Source: Octopus vulgaris
Lineage: Eukaryota
Assembly (NCBI GenBank): GCA_951406725.2
Contig: OX597825.1
Span: 79,856,001 to 79,920,000, forward strand
DNA length: 64,000 nt
Direction: 5' to 3'
Shown: piece by piece, positions 63,016 through 64,000 of the stretch
Layout of the letters: every line of letters begins with the position of its first letter
How positions within the stretch are numbered: the stretch's first letter is position 1
Notes under the pieces: generated by a model
What the model was told of the DNA's origin: nothing
Seen by the model: the letters and a program-made list of their open reading frames with translations, nothing else
Databases searched by the model: none
Translations under genes and position numbers: made by a program

Positions 63016-64000
63016 CCACTTTTCTATTTATAAATGGCCTAGGAATATCACATTGTCTTGGCCTTGTTATCTTCCTTTATTTAACATATACATGCTTACA
63101 TATGACCTGCCTTAGACTCCTCATTCATGCTGTTATTGAACTGGGAGCTTAACAGTGGTCTTTCCACAGCTCTTACATAGCTATACTTGCCTTTTAGGTC
63201 TTCTGGATACCAAATCCTCTCACATTATTATTATATATTGTTACGATCAAGCAAATTCTTAGCTATAAAAGGAATGAACTTCTGAATGCAACAACAAGGA
63301 TGAAATTATGTAACAAAAATGTATTTTATATAAGTCAATTAAAAGATATATTTGATATTTTAGGGATCCATTTGCAAATAAGTTAATCTCCAAAGAATTT
63401 CATGTCCAGTATTTGATTGTTCAAAGTTATATTGTAAACGATCCGATCCGTATGAGCTCTCTCTCATATTTTTTACTATCCATGCAATGCCGTTGCTGTA
63501 TATTCAACTCTCCTCTGGATTTTCCTTTTTCTCTTTTTGACAGGAGGTCAATGAGATTAACTCATCTCGTTCATTAACAGGAAGTAAACGAGATTACCTG
63601 TCTCGTACCTTGCTAACTTTCTGTATGTATATATATACATACATACGTCATTTCAACTCTGCCAAAAAAATGTCATTATATATCTCTCATCACAAATGCT
63701 TATCTCCCCTCAACCAGATTCTGAAGTTTCATTCAGAAAACATTCTAAGTTCTCTTCCTTCATTATATTGTCTCATTATTTGCACTGATTATAGATATAA
63801 ATAACTATATAAAATCCACAGCTTGATGGTCACCACAGCAGTCTTAGCCTGCTGAGTCACTGTGGTCCAAAATCCAAGCCTAAGCTGGAGGATTGGAATG
63901 TTCAGCTGAGCTTTGCTGTGTCAAGGATCGGTTTAGGTAGCCACTTGAGAGAATGCTTCTCTTCCTTATTGATGTATGTGTGCCTGTTTATGTATGTGTG

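Larger units (their letters stand above)
46628..64000. repeat. Segmental/tandem duplication, copy B (runs off the right edge)
   Basis: ctggcttttctcaaaactc at 46628 equals position 1; 64000 aligns to ~13108; offset grows from 46627 to ~50892 through copy-specific indels. Confidence 0.97.

Overview
AT-rich, repeat-dense animal genomic DNA. The SINE/RTE/microsatellite landscape looks like an octopus-type (coleoid cephalopod) genome; this is inference from repeat style only. The window spans a ~46.6-50.9 kb tandem duplication: 1-13108 recurs at 46628-64000. Hidden among the repeats, and mostly missed by the ORF track, is a 12-exon + strand gene (gene B, 18969-56867). Its hand-assembled GT-AG exons join in phase into an intact 558-aa type I membrane protein: four ~100-aa repeated ectodomains resembling divergent PLAT/LH2 beta-sandwiches, a glycosylated stalk, one TM helix, and a tail carrying an ITIM-consensus VVYETL plus further Tyr motifs. 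The last two exons of an upstream paralog (gene A) lie at 1962-5130. Its tail differs from B only by nonsynonymous substitutions and is interrupted by a 260-nt insertion of a splice-junction minisatellite with GT..AG ends, whose removal restores the frame (candidate new intron). Other notable items: several locally templated insertions, an LTR element whose primer-binding site matches the 5' 12 nt of tRNA-Phe, Penelope-type minimal hammerhead ribozymes, and Tc1/mariner, piggyBac-MITE, Helitron, RTE, CR1 and SINE copies, several present in only one duplicate. All calls are by eye; no searches were run.
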